Assembly: GCF_036321535.1 (NCBI RefSeq) | Contig: NC_087447.1 | Span: 34,474,001-34,538,000, forward strand | Direction of reading: 5' to 3' | From: Camelus dromedarius | Taxonomy: Eukaryota | DNA length: 64,000 bases | Program-made: the position numbers and the translations under genes | Notes under the pieces: generated by a model | Told to the model about the DNA's origin: nothing | Database searches by the model: none | What the model saw: only the letters and a program-made list of their open reading frames with translations | In this document: positions 24,501 through 37,074 of the stretch, piece after piece | Numbering within the stretch: position 1 is the first letter of the stretch | How the letters are laid out: every line of letters starts with the position of its first letter

Positions 24501-27038
24501 AAGAGTGGGTGTGCAGGGACCCCCCCTCATGTCACTATCAGAGACCCCCCCAGGGCAGCATGTGTACCCACCTCTGATTCTTCAGAAGGGAGCCAGGCCA
24601 CAGCTGAGCTCCCAGAATCCAGGTGTTAACTATGACCCAAACTCCAGGTGATCTTCTCCCAGACCCTGATCTAAACATGAGTCAGAAGATGTACAGATGG
24701 GGAGATGTCGGCCCCTGGGGGCTAGAAAGTGCTGTCTTAAGGACAGAACTTTCCGTCTCAAGGAGAGAAATGGAGGGGGGAAAAAAAGAGTCTCAAATGA
24801 TTATATTTACTTAAGAGGAACTTTAAAAAGAGAGAACTAGTTCAAAACCTGGGAAATAAAATCTTTTTGACATTCCCCAAGGCAATTTAAATGATAGAAA
24901 ACCCCTCCAAAAGGGCTGCTGGAGTTTGGACAACAGAGGGTGGTTACCATAGTAACCAGCCCCTCCTCCTGTCTACAACCCACTCCCCTCATTGTCCATG
25001 AAGTCACCCCACCCTGCACATGGCTCTGGAGAGCCTGGGATTCTGAGAAGAGGCAGTCCAGTCAGCTCCACTGCCCAGCTGCCAGGCGGTTTTCCTACCT
25101 GCCCCCAGTGGCTCAGTCTTTGCCATCCAGGCCCCACGCCCAGGGCCCCCAGCATAGCCCAACACTGGGCTTCCAAGAGTCACGGCAGCCGGACCCCCTG
25201 CGGTCCATCAGTCCGCCCTCAGCATGGCCTCAGTGACAAAACAGGCAGGCTTGAGAGAGGAGGAGGTCTCCGAGCTGCAGGTTCAGCCTCCCCCATCATC
25301 CACGCTTCGGAAGTCAGTCCAGCCTCAGTAGAGACTCCAAATACAGACCAAATAGGGATAAGATTTCTTTTTAAGAAAACATCTATTTGCTTTCACTGCC
25401 TGCTTGAACACAGTTTGGTGTGGTTTCCTGGAGAATGAATTTCCTTGGTTTTTAAAATGGAGCTCAGTGGAATTCTAAGGTTTCCTGGAAGCACCCAATG
25501 GAAACTTCCTCGGGTGGGGGGCAGGGAGACCCCAACCCACTTGGAACCCCTCTGCCTCCTGTTACAGCACAGTGTGATATACCATAACTGCCTAAAATCT
25601 GAAGACAAACAGCAAGCGAGTTCCTCCTCTTCAGAAAGGTTGAAACTATTAGATTATTTCCCAAATGTTTAGTACCCTCGGGGGAAAAAAAATAAGGCAC
25701 CACTGCTGTACTTCTATGGCCTATTCATTACAAGCTGAATCATGTGACCAGCAACTGACTCCAAGCCGCTCAATGCCAGCCTCTTGGGGAGCAAGGCCTC
25801 AGGGTAAGAGCTTCACTTCAAAGGGGACCAGCCACGACCTTCTTCCTTTGACCATCCACAGGCTGGTGGTGCAGGTGGCCCCCAGGAAGGAACTCTGTCC
25901 CTAGAGGCCACATCCAGGGCCAACAGCACTGTTGAAACCAAAGAGGCTCCAAGGGAAAGGCTGGAGGAAGAGCACACGTGTAGTGGTTAACTCAGTTGGC
26001 GGCCAGGCCCAGACCAAGCTCCCTGGAGGCAGTGCTGGGACACACATCTGCCTGCCTTATGAAACCTTGGACCCGGTTAGGTCTGGGTAGTGACATGGCC
26101 CTCCTGGGAGCTCCTAATAACAGATGCCCACCTTGGTGAGGAGCGCTCTGGCAGGCAGTAGGTACACAAGAAATGAACGAGTAGATAGATGAAAACCACA
26201 GGGCTCAGAGCAGCTTCATGGAAGGGAAAGGGTCTCCAAACATGGTAACGGCTCAATGTCGAAGTGGCTCTACTGCCTCTGGGCTGAAAGCAGGGTGGAG
26301 AGGAAGAGTACAGTAAGTACCACCTAACCAGGCTCTGGGTGCTCTGCAGATGTGGACCCAAGTCATGCTTGCAATGTCTCAGTGAGGCAGGTGTTACGAT
26401 TCCCATTCCCATCCCTTTGCTTTAAGTCGCTTGCAAGGATCTCCTCTGAGGGAGAGTGTGGAAGATTTGCCTGTTGTCTTACAGTTAGCAGGCGGCACAG
26501 CCAGGCTCACTGTCCCCAGGGGGAGAAGGTGGCCAGGTAAGCCGCCAGGGGTAAGGAACTGGGAAGAGGCTGCACAGTAAACCCCATTTTCCCCCAAAGG
26601 GGATTCTCTCCTCAACTCCAAGCTGTCAATACAGACCAGTGTCCCAGAGTGAAACATGGCCCACCTAGTCCCCGCCGGCTTCAATTTCTCATGTTGGAAC
26701 TGGGAGACAGAACCCAGCTCAAGCCTTGATGGCTGCTCAAAACACTGGGTTTCTGACTCTCCCTGACCAGGGCCGGGGAACTAGTGAGCCTTGGCGATGA
26801 GAGATCTGAATCAGATCTGTATGGTGACTTCCGTCTACGTTGTCATCCCTGAAACCTGTGGCTGGCTTACACATGGATCTCATTCTGCTCACAGTGGAGA
26901 CTCACAGTAGAAAGAACTCAAGAGTTAAGAGTCAGAGGCTCTGGGACCATGTCCATCTCCTTCTCACACCCCTTAAATCACTTGATTTAGATGGCAGCCA
27001 GCTCCGCCCATGCCACTGCTTCCTTGAAGAATTACTAA

Positions 27039-27130
27039 TCCATCCATCCATCCATCCATCCATCCATTTATTCAGCAATCAAACATTTGTTGAGCACTTA
27101 CTAGGTTCCAGGCACAACAGTAAGCACTAT
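27039..27130 (-). mobile_element. L2 3' tail with (CCAT)n expansion
   Basis: (tcca)n then tttattcagcaatcaaacatttgttgagcacttacta. Confidence 0.8.
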
Positions 27131-27449
27131 ACACCTACAAGATGCTCAAGAAATATTATTGAAATGAATGCATACAGTGCAAATCATATTGCTGTACTAA
27201 GCTTTGGTCTAGACATGCAAATGAAGGGGTTTACATTGTAAAAACAATACTTTTTTATAAAGCTATAAAGTACACTCGTGTCCATGATAATACCTGATAG
27301 ATTATTCCCATGAGCCTGGAGATAAAAGAGGAAGAGGAGATGACAAATAGCCTTTGGTGTGGCTGAGAAGGAAGCCTCAGAGTTGGCCAAGTGAGAGAGG
27401 AGAGGGCAAGGAAGAGAAAGAGAAATAATGTTTGAAAACCTACTAGGAG

Positions 27450-28850
27450 TATTGCTTTAACCCTCAAGCCCTCTAGAGTGAGGAGGCAGGTATTTTCACT
27501 CCCTTTTTATAGATAAGGGAAGCCAGGCTCAGCTAGGTGAACACACCTCTATAAGATCACACAGTCCAAAATGGCAAGACCTCTGACTCCAAAGTCCCTG
27601 GATTTTAACTCCTATACCAGGCTGAACCTTTCTCAAAGGAGGAGTACAAGCTGGAAAGACTGTATCAGTGTGGTGAGGTTTGTTGTGAAGATAAAGGAAC
27701 AGTACCAGGTGTAGGAGTGTGCAAGGAACATGATAAGCATGACAACATTTCATTGATGGTAGCAATGATTGCCGTTACCTTGGCTGGCAACACACGTCAT
27801 CAATAGCTCATGCCATGGCTCCTGGAACTTGAGAGATACACTTAGAAAGTAAAAGAGGCAGATGGATGGCTATACAAGGTAGTCATCCTCATTTCTAGCC
27901 ATAGACAAGGAAACTGAGCCTCTGGGAGTTTCTTCAGTTTGCTTTAAATCACACAAAGAGGAAATGGTAGAGCAGGGATTTGAACCCAGGTCTTCCTAAC
28001 TTTCAAATTAACATTGCTTCCCATGACCCTATTCTGAAGGTGGCCAAGGAGGGATGAAGAAACTCTTAGAACCTCAGAATTTGGAAGAGACCATAGGCTA
28101 ATCGCTGGTTCTCAAATGTCAGTGATTAGACCCATGCTTGACTAGCTACATGGAAAGCTTATTACAGCTTTTGGGGAAGACAGAGAGGTGGGCTCACCCC
28201 TCGTCAGAGGGGCTGCCTTGTCCTCTAGGACCCAGGTGGCAGGGTTAAAGGTGAGTAGGAGACTGAGGCAGAGCTCGGGGTCTGAGTCAGGCTGACCTCC
28301 TGACTCTGCCACTTCTAGCTCAAGGGCTTGGACAAATTCCTGAATTTCCTGAGTCTCGGATCCCTCCCCAGTAGAATGGCAGCACCATGCTTTTGATGGA
28401 CTCTGTGCTTTGGGTCAGAAAGACCTGGTTAGAGTCACAGCTCTGTTGGTGGCCTTGGCTGAATCACTGAGTCTTTATCTCTACAATGGGCGTACCAAGA
28501 ACCACTTCACAGCTTGTCACAATGAAATGAGATAGGATATATGGAACAGAGCCTGGCTCCGAGTTAACACTCAATCAACAACAGCTATTCTTACTCAAGG
28601 CAGACAGCACAGGGCTTAAGAGCTTGGGCTGTGGAGTGGTCGTTCCTGAATTTACCAGCTCAATCACCTATTGCCTTTGGGACCCTGGACAAGTTTCTTA
28701 ACCCTCTGTGACTTGTTTCAACTCATTTTGCAAGTTGAGGGTAATAAGATGACCTACCTTAGAGGGTTATGATGAAGATAGAATAAGACACGCTCATAAA
28801 ATGCCTAGCCTGGAGTCTGGCAGGTGGTGACTGTTCCTTAAAGGGTACCC
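27450..28850. mobile_element. Cluster of about five MIR copies
   Basis: MIR cores at about 27510, 27910, 28320, 28450 and 28680 (e.g. ctggacaagtttcttaaccctctgtgac). Confidence 0.8.
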
Positions 28851-30199
28851 ATTGTTACCTCCGTAGGGAGTCAAACCTACTGAGAGCTGGCCAACAGCAG
28901 GTAGGTCTCCACAGTAAGGGAGTGAGCTCCCTGTCTGTGGCAGTGCTCAGCCAGAGGCTACAAGACCATCTGTCCAGGGTGGGTGGAAGGGATTCCCATA
29001 TGAGGTCAGTGGTGGGCCCCACTGACCTCTAAGGCCCTGCCTGTCACGCCCATGCTGTGACTCTGTTTGAGTTAATAGAGAAGACACCAACCCATCAGAC
29101 CAACAAATCAGAAGTGGAGAAATTACTTACCAGCTTAGCTGAAAAAAATCAAAAAGTCCTTTTCCAGCCAAAGGCAATTACAGACTGATCCACAATAAGG
29201 CAGAAGCATATTTCAATTGAAAAATGGCATCTTCCTAGCCGTTGCCATATGGAGCCAGGACACCAGGTGGCCCAGGGCTGAGACCAATCACAGGGTCCAA
29301 TTGGAACTAAATAAAATGACCCCCTGGAGGAAATGGCTCCAGCGAGGCCCACAAATCCCCATGACATGTCATTGTGGCATGTCCCACGTCAGCCTGGGCC
29401 TCATGCGCTGCCTGACGCCTGGGGCTCTGTCCCTTCCCTGCAGTGGGACAAAGAGATGAGGGGCCTCAGCTGTGAGTACATCCTGGTGCGGAGGAGGAGC
29501 CCCAGGCACAGCAGAGGAGTCCTGGTCTCCGCCCGTTGCTGCAGAGAGCGCCAGGGACAGCTAGATTCACGAGGGGGCTCTGCTGGGGGATGCCAGTCCC
29601 CAAAGGTGGATCCAAAGCTTTCCTCTACAGTAAAACTCTCGTCCCGCTGAACTTCAGCTCCATCCCGGGGTAGCAGTCTCGATACAGCCACTCCATCTCT
29701 CCTTCCCTGTGTCCTGGAACAATTTGCCTTTTTCCCCTGCCTTTGGAAAGCAGGTCACATTTTTGGTGTAAAAGGTGGGAGAGTAAATGCAGGATATGGA
29801 GCTCTGTGGTACTGCCAGGGCCCTATGAGACAACTTGGCTACGATTCCCTTGTCAGCCCCCGAAATCCAAAGCAGCAGTCAGTTGCTCTGCCTCCACTGC
29901 CGGCCTACGCTGGGAGTCACATTAATAATGTCCTCTAGCTAGCCCCTCCCCCATCATCATAATGTAGTTTAGCATTTAATAAAGTGTAATCTGTGTTGTG
30001 CCAAAAAGGACAAATACTTGGGAAATACTGAGTTAAGCCAGTTGACAGGTTTCCTTCCTGCAGGACTTGCCAGAACTTTTAATAAACTGAAGTTTGTTGG
30101 GGATCTCCAAGAAAGGGACTGGGGTGCAGTGAGCGGGGATATTATAGAGGATTTCTCGAGATTTGTTTCAGAGTGTCTTGAAGGAAACACACTTTGGGA

Positions 30200-30440
30200 A
30201 ACACTAGCATGACTTGGAGTATGGGATTTGGAGACTGATAGAGGCCTGGGGGTTTGAATCCAGGTTCTGCAATTTACTAGATGTGTGAATTCCTTGAGGC
30301 TCTGTTTTGCTTTATTTAACAGAAACAATTATATTCACCCTGCAGAGCTGCCATGAGGATTTATAGCTAAATGTATAAATGTGCATAAAATGCTTAGAGC
30401 CTGGGGGAATAATAAGTGCTCAATAAATGGTTACAGTTCT
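30200..30440 (+). mobile_element. MIR SINE
   Basis: ggtttgaatccaggttctgcaatttactag...aaatgcttagagcctgg...taagtgctcaataaatgg. Confidence 0.85.
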
Positions 30441-32049
30441 TATTTTTGATACTGTCGTGATTTCATCGTGAAGGATGAAACAGACAAGGGTCCTTGGGCT
30501 TGTCTTTAGGAGGAGGGAGTAGCAAGGAGGAGAGAAGCTCGGAAGACCTCCTGCAACCAGTCTTGGTGGGGAGATGCCCCAGGGAGAGGCTGCTACTGAA
30601 GGTGGAGGGTGGCGGCCACTGAGGGAGAGGGCAGGCTGAGGCCTCTGGCTCTGTAGCCTAACAAAGAAAGGGCTCTGGGGGCTCAGCCAGGACCTTCCTG
30701 TACAGTGGCTGGGAACAGCCAACCATGTTTACCCCCTCAGTTGCTGGGAACAATTATCCCTCTCAGACAGCTTATTGTCTCTAGCAAAGCAGGCACACAA
30801 CTCCCATTGGCGCTGATGGGATTATGTGCTCCTATCGGGAAAGAAACAGAGCCCAGGCTTGGATAAGGGACGGGGGAGCAGTGGGTCGCCCTCGGCGACC
30901 TATCTCAAGGCAGCCATTCGTTTGATTATCAGCTGAACACAGTCAGGCCTCTTTCAAGAGAACTATTCAACCCTGAGCATTTGTAGCCTGGCTGTTTCTT
31001 GATAACTTTTCAGGGAGTACACTGATTGCATCAAATTTGGGATGCAATGAAAAGGCTTCACAATGCCCATGACATTAGATCTTGAATCAAAATGGCATCT
31101 GATAATGGCTTTCCAAGTGGTTGTGTTGTCTCAGTTGTCTTCAGTCTTTTTGCCCCCATCTCCCAAAAAGAAGGTAGGAAAAAACACTGGTTCCCAGTAA
31201 AACGGATTATCTAAAAGTTGTCAACATGAATGGACATAAGTTTACTCTGTGTTAATAAGAGGCAGAAAATCGTGTACCTTTTATAAGATTAAATAAAATT
31301 AGGATTAGGTATAATTGGAATAAATATGATGTGATTAAAAATAATGAATGGAATAAAGCACATCAGATCAAAGAGAGATTACATATATAAATTTTATCCA
31401 CGGGTTTTACCAAAATATCTTGAAAAAATGATAGTCCTGGAAAACATCCCAAGCACCTTGAAAAGATGAGCATCACCAGCCTGCAGAGCATCCCAACACA
31501 GGCCCAAAGACCGTACTTCCAGCGCCGTGCTTTGCCTGTAACAGGAACACGCCCAACGCAGGGAACGACAGGAAGCTCTGTGTGTCTAAAGCACCTGAGT
31601 TATTCATTACAGGTGGCTTCCTCCAAACCAGTGTTTCAGTTTATCGTTTTGTTTGACACCTCAGATGGTTTGAAATTGCAGGACAAAACATCTTAGTAAA
31701 ATCTGGGATAAGGGAGAGGTCTCATTCTTGTCAAATAGAAGGAGAACCTCTCTGAACTTCTATTGGGTGGATCTCCTTGGGCAGATCCATATTGGAAAAT
31801 TGTTGAAAAACAAGTTGAGTATACTGGAAACTGATTCCCTTCAAACTATTCATGCATACATACCCCTGGGGAAATCTTCACATACCCCTAGTTTGAAGAC
31901 CGTTGCTCTAACTGATCTTAATGAGATTCAATTCAAGGAATTTGGAGAAACCCATGACTTCGCAAAGTAAAGGCTGCCTGGACATCACAGAGCCATTTAA
32001 AGGTTGCAGGGATGAGAAGGGATGAAAATGATACAGGGCTCTTGCACTA

Positions 32050-32500
32050 CATTTTTCATTCATACATTTAGCAAATGGTAATTAAGCACCTACTGCACAG
32101 TAGGCACTATTTCAGATGTTGGAATTTTGTGTTGAACAAGACAAAGTCCCTGATTCAGTGGCCCTTAACTTTTAGTGGAAAAAAAATTTTCAATTTAAAC
32201 TAAACTATAGTTTTGCAAGATGATACCACCGGGGGAAACTGGATGAGGGGCACATAGGATCTCTCTGTGTTATTTCTTGAGCAGCATGTGAATCTACAAT
32301 TATTCCAAAATAAAAAACGTTAATTGAAAAAAGACACACAAATAAACACAAACTTACATAGACCATGGCATGAAAGCATAAAAAGTGAGTTAAAATTAGA
32401 AAATAAAACAGAGGAATGTATAAGAATATGAACAGAGAGCATCCAAAGATTGATTGGCATGGGAAGGCTTCTCAGAAGAGGTTATGGTTAAGCTGAATGA
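32050..32500 (-). mobile_element. L2 3' end with a nested plus-strand L1MC-like 3' fragment (about 32205-32335)
   Basis: ttcattcatacatttagcaaa...aagcacctactg (L2); ttttgcaagatg...gggggaaactgg...gcatgtgaatctacaattattccaaaataaaa (L1MC). Confidence 0.75.
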
Positions 32501-33291
32501 TGATGAGAGCCACCTGGCCAGGCCACACTAGAGATGTCACCACTCGGTCAGGTTATTGGACCTCACTGGGGCCCTTCCATTGTCAATGATACTTAAAGAT
32601 ATAGGAATGAAAAAAGCAAACTAAAAGACTACTGGTCTGAGTTGCTTGTTCTGTGGCATTTTCTCATCCAACTTACTGCCAAGTGCAGGTGTTGCTGCAG
32701 GTGTTGCAGAAGGTGCAGTGAGGTGAGGGACCCAGGGTTGGGTTCTGGCCCCTCCTCCTCTCTGCAGCCTTATAACCATGGTGAGTTGCTCATTCCTCCG
32801 GAATTCAGGCGCTTTCCCTGCAGAACGCGGTCTCCAGACCAATTCCTTTATGTGTATTTCACCTGTCAATCCTCACAACACCCTATGAGGCAGGTTCATG
32901 TTATGGATATAGAAACGGAAGCTTAGGAAGGTCCGTGACTCTGAGGTCACACAGAAAGTCGCAGAACCAGAACCTGAATCCAGGTTTGTTTGATTTTAAA
33001 AAGGTGCCTGGACTAGATCTGATATACCTGTGAGCATAATTATGTCCAGAACTAGGAAAAGTCACTCTCGATATGGAGAGTGAAGGCAATCATATCCAGA
33101 ATGCATTAAGGGCAGGCGGAGAAGACAAAGTCCACTTGGTGGCGGTTGACAAATGGCCAATTCTAAAGCCCCATCATTGTAATAGTAAAGTCAAAACTGA
33201 CTGCCAGCCTCAATGGCTCAACAAAAAGAATGCGATAAGCTGGAGGGTCACAGTGCTACGAAGAGAAAGGGGACTTGGGAGACTCGGGTTC

Positions 33292-33527
33292 AACTGCTGG
33301 ATCATATGGTAGTTCTATTTTTAATTTTCTGTGGAACCTCCATCCTGTCTTCCATAGTGGCTGCACCAGTTTACATTCTCACCAACAGTGCACAAGGGTC
33401 TCACCAACAGTGCACAAAGTCCACATCCTTACCAGCACTTATCTCTTGTCTTTTTGATGGCAGCCATTCTAACAGGTGCGAGGTGATATCTCGTAGTTTT
33501 GATTTGCATTTCCTGATGATTGGTGAT
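33292..33527 (-). mobile_element. Internal L1 ORF2 fragment lacking 3'UTR and poly-A
   Basis: ctgctggatcatatggtagttctatttttaatttt...gttttgatttgcatttcctgatgattggtgat; well preserved. Confidence 0.9.
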
Positions 33528-34130
33528 ACCGAGCCACTGGATGCTTCTTCAACACAAATGAGGAGTTGTTACTAGACTCCCAGGGACCCCTTTTAGAATC
33601 TCCTTCCCACGATGAACTTCACAATTTCAAAGCCATTGTCTCCTAAGCAAGTCAAATTTTTTAAAGTTAATTGATTAATATCTCTTTTTTTATTAATCAA
33701 AGTATATATGATTGCCAATCCAAATCTCCGCTCCCCAGGAAACAACTAGTTTCCATGATGGCCAATTATAACTTTTGCCAAAAGCAAAGATGTTTGTGTA
33801 CAAGTTCATGTCCCCATGGTCTGACTAGGATGAAGTAGAAGACACATGTTGTGCTTTTGGGAATGCTAATAATCACCTCCAATCTCCATTATTATCTTCT
33901 TAAAGCTCAAGGATACCAACCTGAGAATATGAGATAACCTTAGACCTCAGCTTCTAGAACTCCGGGTCAGGGACAAGGCTGAGGACTACATCTGGATTCT
34001 GCCACTAATTTGGTATGACACTTGGGACAATTCATTTAATGTCTCTGTATCTATTCATTAGGAATAACATTGACCTTGGAAGGCTCCCGAGGATTAGTAG
34101 AAGATGCTGAACAAATATCAAATCTCCATT

Positions 34131-34292
34131 TTGTTTCCCAAACTTTAATGGGTATTGTTACATCCTGGGAATCTTGTAAAAATGCAGATTCTGATTCATA
34201 TATGTGAGCTGGGGCCTGAGGTTCTGCATTTATAACATGAACCCAAGTGAGTGGATGCTGCTGGTCCCTGGACCACACTTTGAGTAGCAAGG
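34131..34292. mobile_element. MER5A-family MITE
   Basis: aaaatgcagattctgattca...ggggcctgaggttctgcattt...gatgctgctggtccctggaccacactttgagtagcaag. Confidence 0.9.
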
Positions 34293-34389
34293 ATCTAACA
34301 CATCCACCAGATGGGTCTCAAATAAAAGGGCAGTGGGGTTCAAGTCAGCAGACCTTGCTTGTAATCCCGCCAGAACGGTGCAGTCAACA

Positions 34390-34620
34390 GAGAGAGGTCT
34401 TTGAAGTGCGACAGACCTTGACTTGAATACCAGCTGGGCCTCTTGCTAGCTGGGTACATTTAGGGAAGATGGTTAATTTCACTAAGACTTGGTTTTCTCT
34501 TCCAGAGACTGGAGCACAAAACTGCCTACATCTCATTAGATGGCTTGGAATATTAACAGGGACCAGAAACATTAAGCACTGGACTTGGCACATAATAGCT
34601 GCCCAATAAATGTTAGTCCC
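34390..34620 (+). mobile_element. MIR SINE
   Basis: cttgctagctgggtac...ggcacataatagctgcccaataaatgttag. Confidence 0.75.
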
Positions 34621-35559
34621 TACTGATTCCCTAACCTTTAACTACCTGAATTTGTGAGTGTCTTCAAGTTACTCACTTAATCTTTCTGAGCCTGGGGTTG
34701 AAGCCTATAGTCTTGCCCGTTGGCTTTCCTGCTTCTGTTTCCTAGTTATGGTACTGCGTCCTAATACACGTGTGGTCACTGCCTCGGGCGTGTCTGCCTA
34801 ATTCTAGGGGCTTCCTCAAAAGGTCTGCCCCTAAGGGGTCTCACAGTCTTGACCTCAGGAGGCACATATGTCACGGGCTCACCTGGGGATCAGTTGGACA
34901 GCAAGATGATGGACCCCCGTGGTGTTGAGAGTTAATTGAGAAATGTCATTTGCAAACCACCAAATCAGGCCTCGTTGGCACCACTTTACCCAAAATGTCA
35001 ACAGAGAATGGAGCTTGGCTCAGGAATGGTAACACGCTAATCAAAGGAGGTGGATGAAACCGCTGAGATATAATTTATTAATGAGGGATAAAGAGAATGC
35101 TAATTAGGGCAGAGCTTGCAAGAAGGCAAATTCCCAAAGTAAAACTTTAGAGAATGCTCAAATGATTACCATTTTAATTAAAAGTATATCACCCGATACA
35201 AACCTCAAGCCACCCTTCTCACCGAGAGGGCTGTGGGACATGCTGAGCCAGCTGCGTCTTCCGGGGATGCAGAGGCTGTGAGCTGCTGAGTGAACCCAGG
35301 TCAGGCTGAGCTGTAGTCCCTGCCTGGTCTTCATTCAGGTCTCTATTACCTGTCAGGCTTGGGGGCTCCTCCTCTAGCCCCTGTGCCCTTACTCTGAGGG
35401 GCAAAGTATGGCCATGTTTCCTGCCACAGCAGATGCGCCAGGTCCTGGGACCCACGACCCGCTCCTCTGCCTCCCTTTTCATTCTAGCAGTCTCTGAACT
35501 GTCTCCTCTCTGGTTCCTGTCTCATCTGCTTTCCCCAGGGCCACTGCCAAGCCGCCCCT

Positions 35560-36800
35560 ACACCACTGCCTGAGCGATCTTGCTAAAATTCAAATCTATC
35601 ACATCCCCCGTTTGTTTCAAAAACCTCCAGTGGCTCCTTGTTAACCACACCAACAGGGATCATGGTGATTTACTGAGTGCTTACTATATGCCAGGCGCTG
35701 TGCTGAGCACTCATTTTACACCCACAACAACTCAACAAGATAAGTATTAACCCGATTTCAAAAATGAGAAAACTGTGGTTAAGAGTCATGAAATTGCCAG
35801 GCAAAAACATACAGAAGCATCAGAGTAAGGATTTGAACAAAGATCTGAAACTAAATCTTAAGCCTACGTTCTTAACCATTAACCCACTCTGCCCCCTATG
35901 GCTCTTTTTTATTAGAGGTTAAGGTCAAAGTTTCCTCATATGGGATTCAAGGCCTCTCAGAGCTGGCCTCATCTGCTCCACCATCATCATCTGCAGCTGC
36001 TTCAGACATTGCACCAGTATTCCTGCAGCGCCAAGCTTTGCACCATGCTCCTCCCCTGTCCGCTAAGCTTCATCTATGATCCCCTGTATCTCCATGCCTC
36101 TAGAGATGCCGTCCACTCCCCTTTCCTCTAACCATGTCCCCAGATATCTCTCCTCACCTGCTCCCTTTCTGTGCTCCCATACCTCCCTGTCCTCACCTCC
36201 TCTGTTGGTCTCCCTCCGTGAGGCACCAAGTTCCCAGGAGGTAGGAGCTGTGCTAGTGACCCTGGCGACCCCAGCCCCTGGCACAATGTCTGGCACAGAG
36301 TAGGTGTTCACCAAAGTCACTCAACCAATGATTAGCCATGCACTGCAGTCAGCACTGCAGATACAGTGGGGAACAGACCAGGTCTCTGCCGTTGGGCAGC
36401 TTATAGTCTAATGGGGAAGGAAAGCAAGAAACAAACAAGCAAATATATGAACAAGATGATACTGGAGGGTAGAAAATGCTCTGAAGGAACTGAAGCAGAG
36501 AGATGCAAGGAGTGACTGGAATGATAACCAAGATGGTGTCATGTCAACAGAGACTGAATGTTGAGAAGGAGACGCACAGGCAGGGGGAACAGCACATACA
36601 AACATCCTGGGGTGGGAACACATTTGGTGTGCCTGAGGATAAGAAGAAAGTGCCCAGCACGGATAGAGAGTAGTGAGAGAAGGTGGTTCAAGGAGAACAA
36701 TTCGTGGAAGGCAGGTTACAATGAAGTCTAGTTTTCACTTTGCAGTTGGATGCCAGTGGGAGAAGAATTCTCAGGAAGGCCCCAGGACATGCGTGGAAGT
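35560..36800. mobile_element. Tail-to-tail L2 fragments with a nested MIR (35660-35890)
   Basis: Plus-strand L2 (cctccagtggctcc...ctggcacagagtaggtgttca), then minus-strand L2 (gatacagtggggaacagaccagg...gcttatagtctaatgggg). Confidence 0.75.
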
Positions 36801-36845
36801 GGTCAGCTGATGACCTTCTTAGGGGGATAAGGGAATTATTTGCAC

Positions 36846-37074
36846 CAGTGATTCTCAACCCTGGGGAAGGGGATGAGTGTAGTTTTGCCCCTCAGGGAAC
36901 ATTTACAACGTCTGGAGATATTTTTGGTTGTCTGTTTGGGGCTAGAGGATGATACTGGCATTAATGGGTAGCAGACAGGGATGCTGCTATATATCCTGCA
37001 ATGCATAGGACAGTCCCCATTGCACAGATTTATCTGGCCCAAAATGCCAATACTGCTGAGGTTATGAAACCCTG
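36846..37074 (+). mobile_element. MER20 hAT-Charlie MITE, full length
   Basis: cagtgattctcaacc...tctggagatatttttggttgtc...gggatgctgcta...ggcccaaaatgccaatactgctgaggttatgaaaccctg. Decayed 8-bp TSD atttgcac/gtctacat differs only by transitions. Confidence 0.93.

Noticed and set aside
31140..31460. AT-rich block that may be an ancient hAT transposon remnant
   Set aside because: Could not match it to a family or find terminal repeats with confidence.
36220..36420. L2-derived miRNA hairpin (miR-28/151/708 type)
   Set aside because: The L2 ends are tail-to-tail and too diverged to give a compact hairpin; no known mature miRNA sequence recognised.
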